Of a stretch of 12,430 nucleotides of DNA, positions 12,186 to 12,430 are shown piece by piece (positions within the stretch are counted from its first letter, which is position 1; each line of letters opens with the position of its first letter). Location of the stretch: the IMG/VR virus record IMGVR_UViG_3300045988_027468; one strand, written 5' to 3'. The position numbers and the translations under genes are program-made. The notes beneath the pieces were generated by a model, which was given only the letters and a program-made list of their open reading frames with translations, ran no database searches and had not been told where the DNA came from. This stretch comes from a virus.

Positions 12186-12430
12186 AATAATAGACAGGCA
12201 AAAGTTAATAAAAACAGACGAAAAGTTAACAAAATTAGTGATTTTTAACAGTGTTAATTAACAATGTTAAATGTGTTAAATAATCGTAATTGCGGCACAC
12301 AGCAAAAAGCGTGCCAAAGTGTTAGCAACTGTTAAATATGTGTTGGAATGTTAAAATAGGGTGCCTTGTGTACCTAGTTAATAAAAACAGACGAAAAGTT
12401 AACAAAATTAGTGATTTTTAACAGTGTTAA
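12144..12430. repeat. Right inverted terminal repeat (ITR-R), 287 bp
   Basis: Perfect reverse complement of 1-287. The window ends exactly at the repeat end, as expected for a complete linear replicon. Confidence 0.95.

Noticed and set aside
1-12430. Inverted repeats as transposon/IS or casposon/polinton-like element ends
   Set aside because: No transposase, integrase or Cas1 is present and no target-site duplication can be assessed. The repeats instead flank a protein-primed polymerase, a terminal-protein candidate and a full virion module, which fits linear replicon termini.
1-12430. Stop-codon reassignment (TAG or TGA recoding, as in some gut Bacteroidota phages) and tRNA genes
   Set aside because: All large genes are intact under the standard code with TAA/TAG stops at sensible junctions, and no fragmented hallmark genes are seen. 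No cloverleaf-like tRNA candidate was spotted in the short intergenic regions, although this was judged by eye only.

Overview
The window reads as a complete linear genome (12,430 bp, AT-rich) of a very small phi29-like tailed phage that replicates by protein priming. It is bounded by perfect 287-bp inverted terminal repeats (1-287 and 12144-12430, checked base by base). There are three transcription modules. (i) A rightward replication/packaging module (about 378-5108) has two small orphan ORFs, a candidate terminal protein, a family-B protein-primed DNA polymerase with all canonical exonuclease and polymerase motifs visible, and a phi29 gp16-like packaging ATPase. (ii) A rightward morphogenesis module (5227-10728) has a small membrane protein, a phi29 gp10-like portal with a long acidic Glu/Thr tandem-repeat tail, a 189-aa protein, a phi29 gp8-like major capsid protein, a 147-aa protein and a 623-aa multi-domain tail or receptor-binding protein. 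(iii) A leftward module from the right end (12015-10766) has two orphans, an M15-family zinc peptidase endolysin and an 81-aa orphan. Each module is preceded by a near-identical Bacteroides-type promoter (TTTG-N20-TAtcTTTG). Start codons lack Shine-Dalgarno sequences, so a Bacteroidota host is likely. Notable non-coding structure includes duplication of the terminal 55 bp inside each ITR, a terminal interrupted palindrome TTAACAnTGTTAA, strong TTAAC enrichment in the ITRs, and a 14-bp perfect palindrome GTTTCACGTGAAAC upstream of all three promoters. All homology statements rest on motif recognition by eye and recalled phi29 protein sequences, not on searches.
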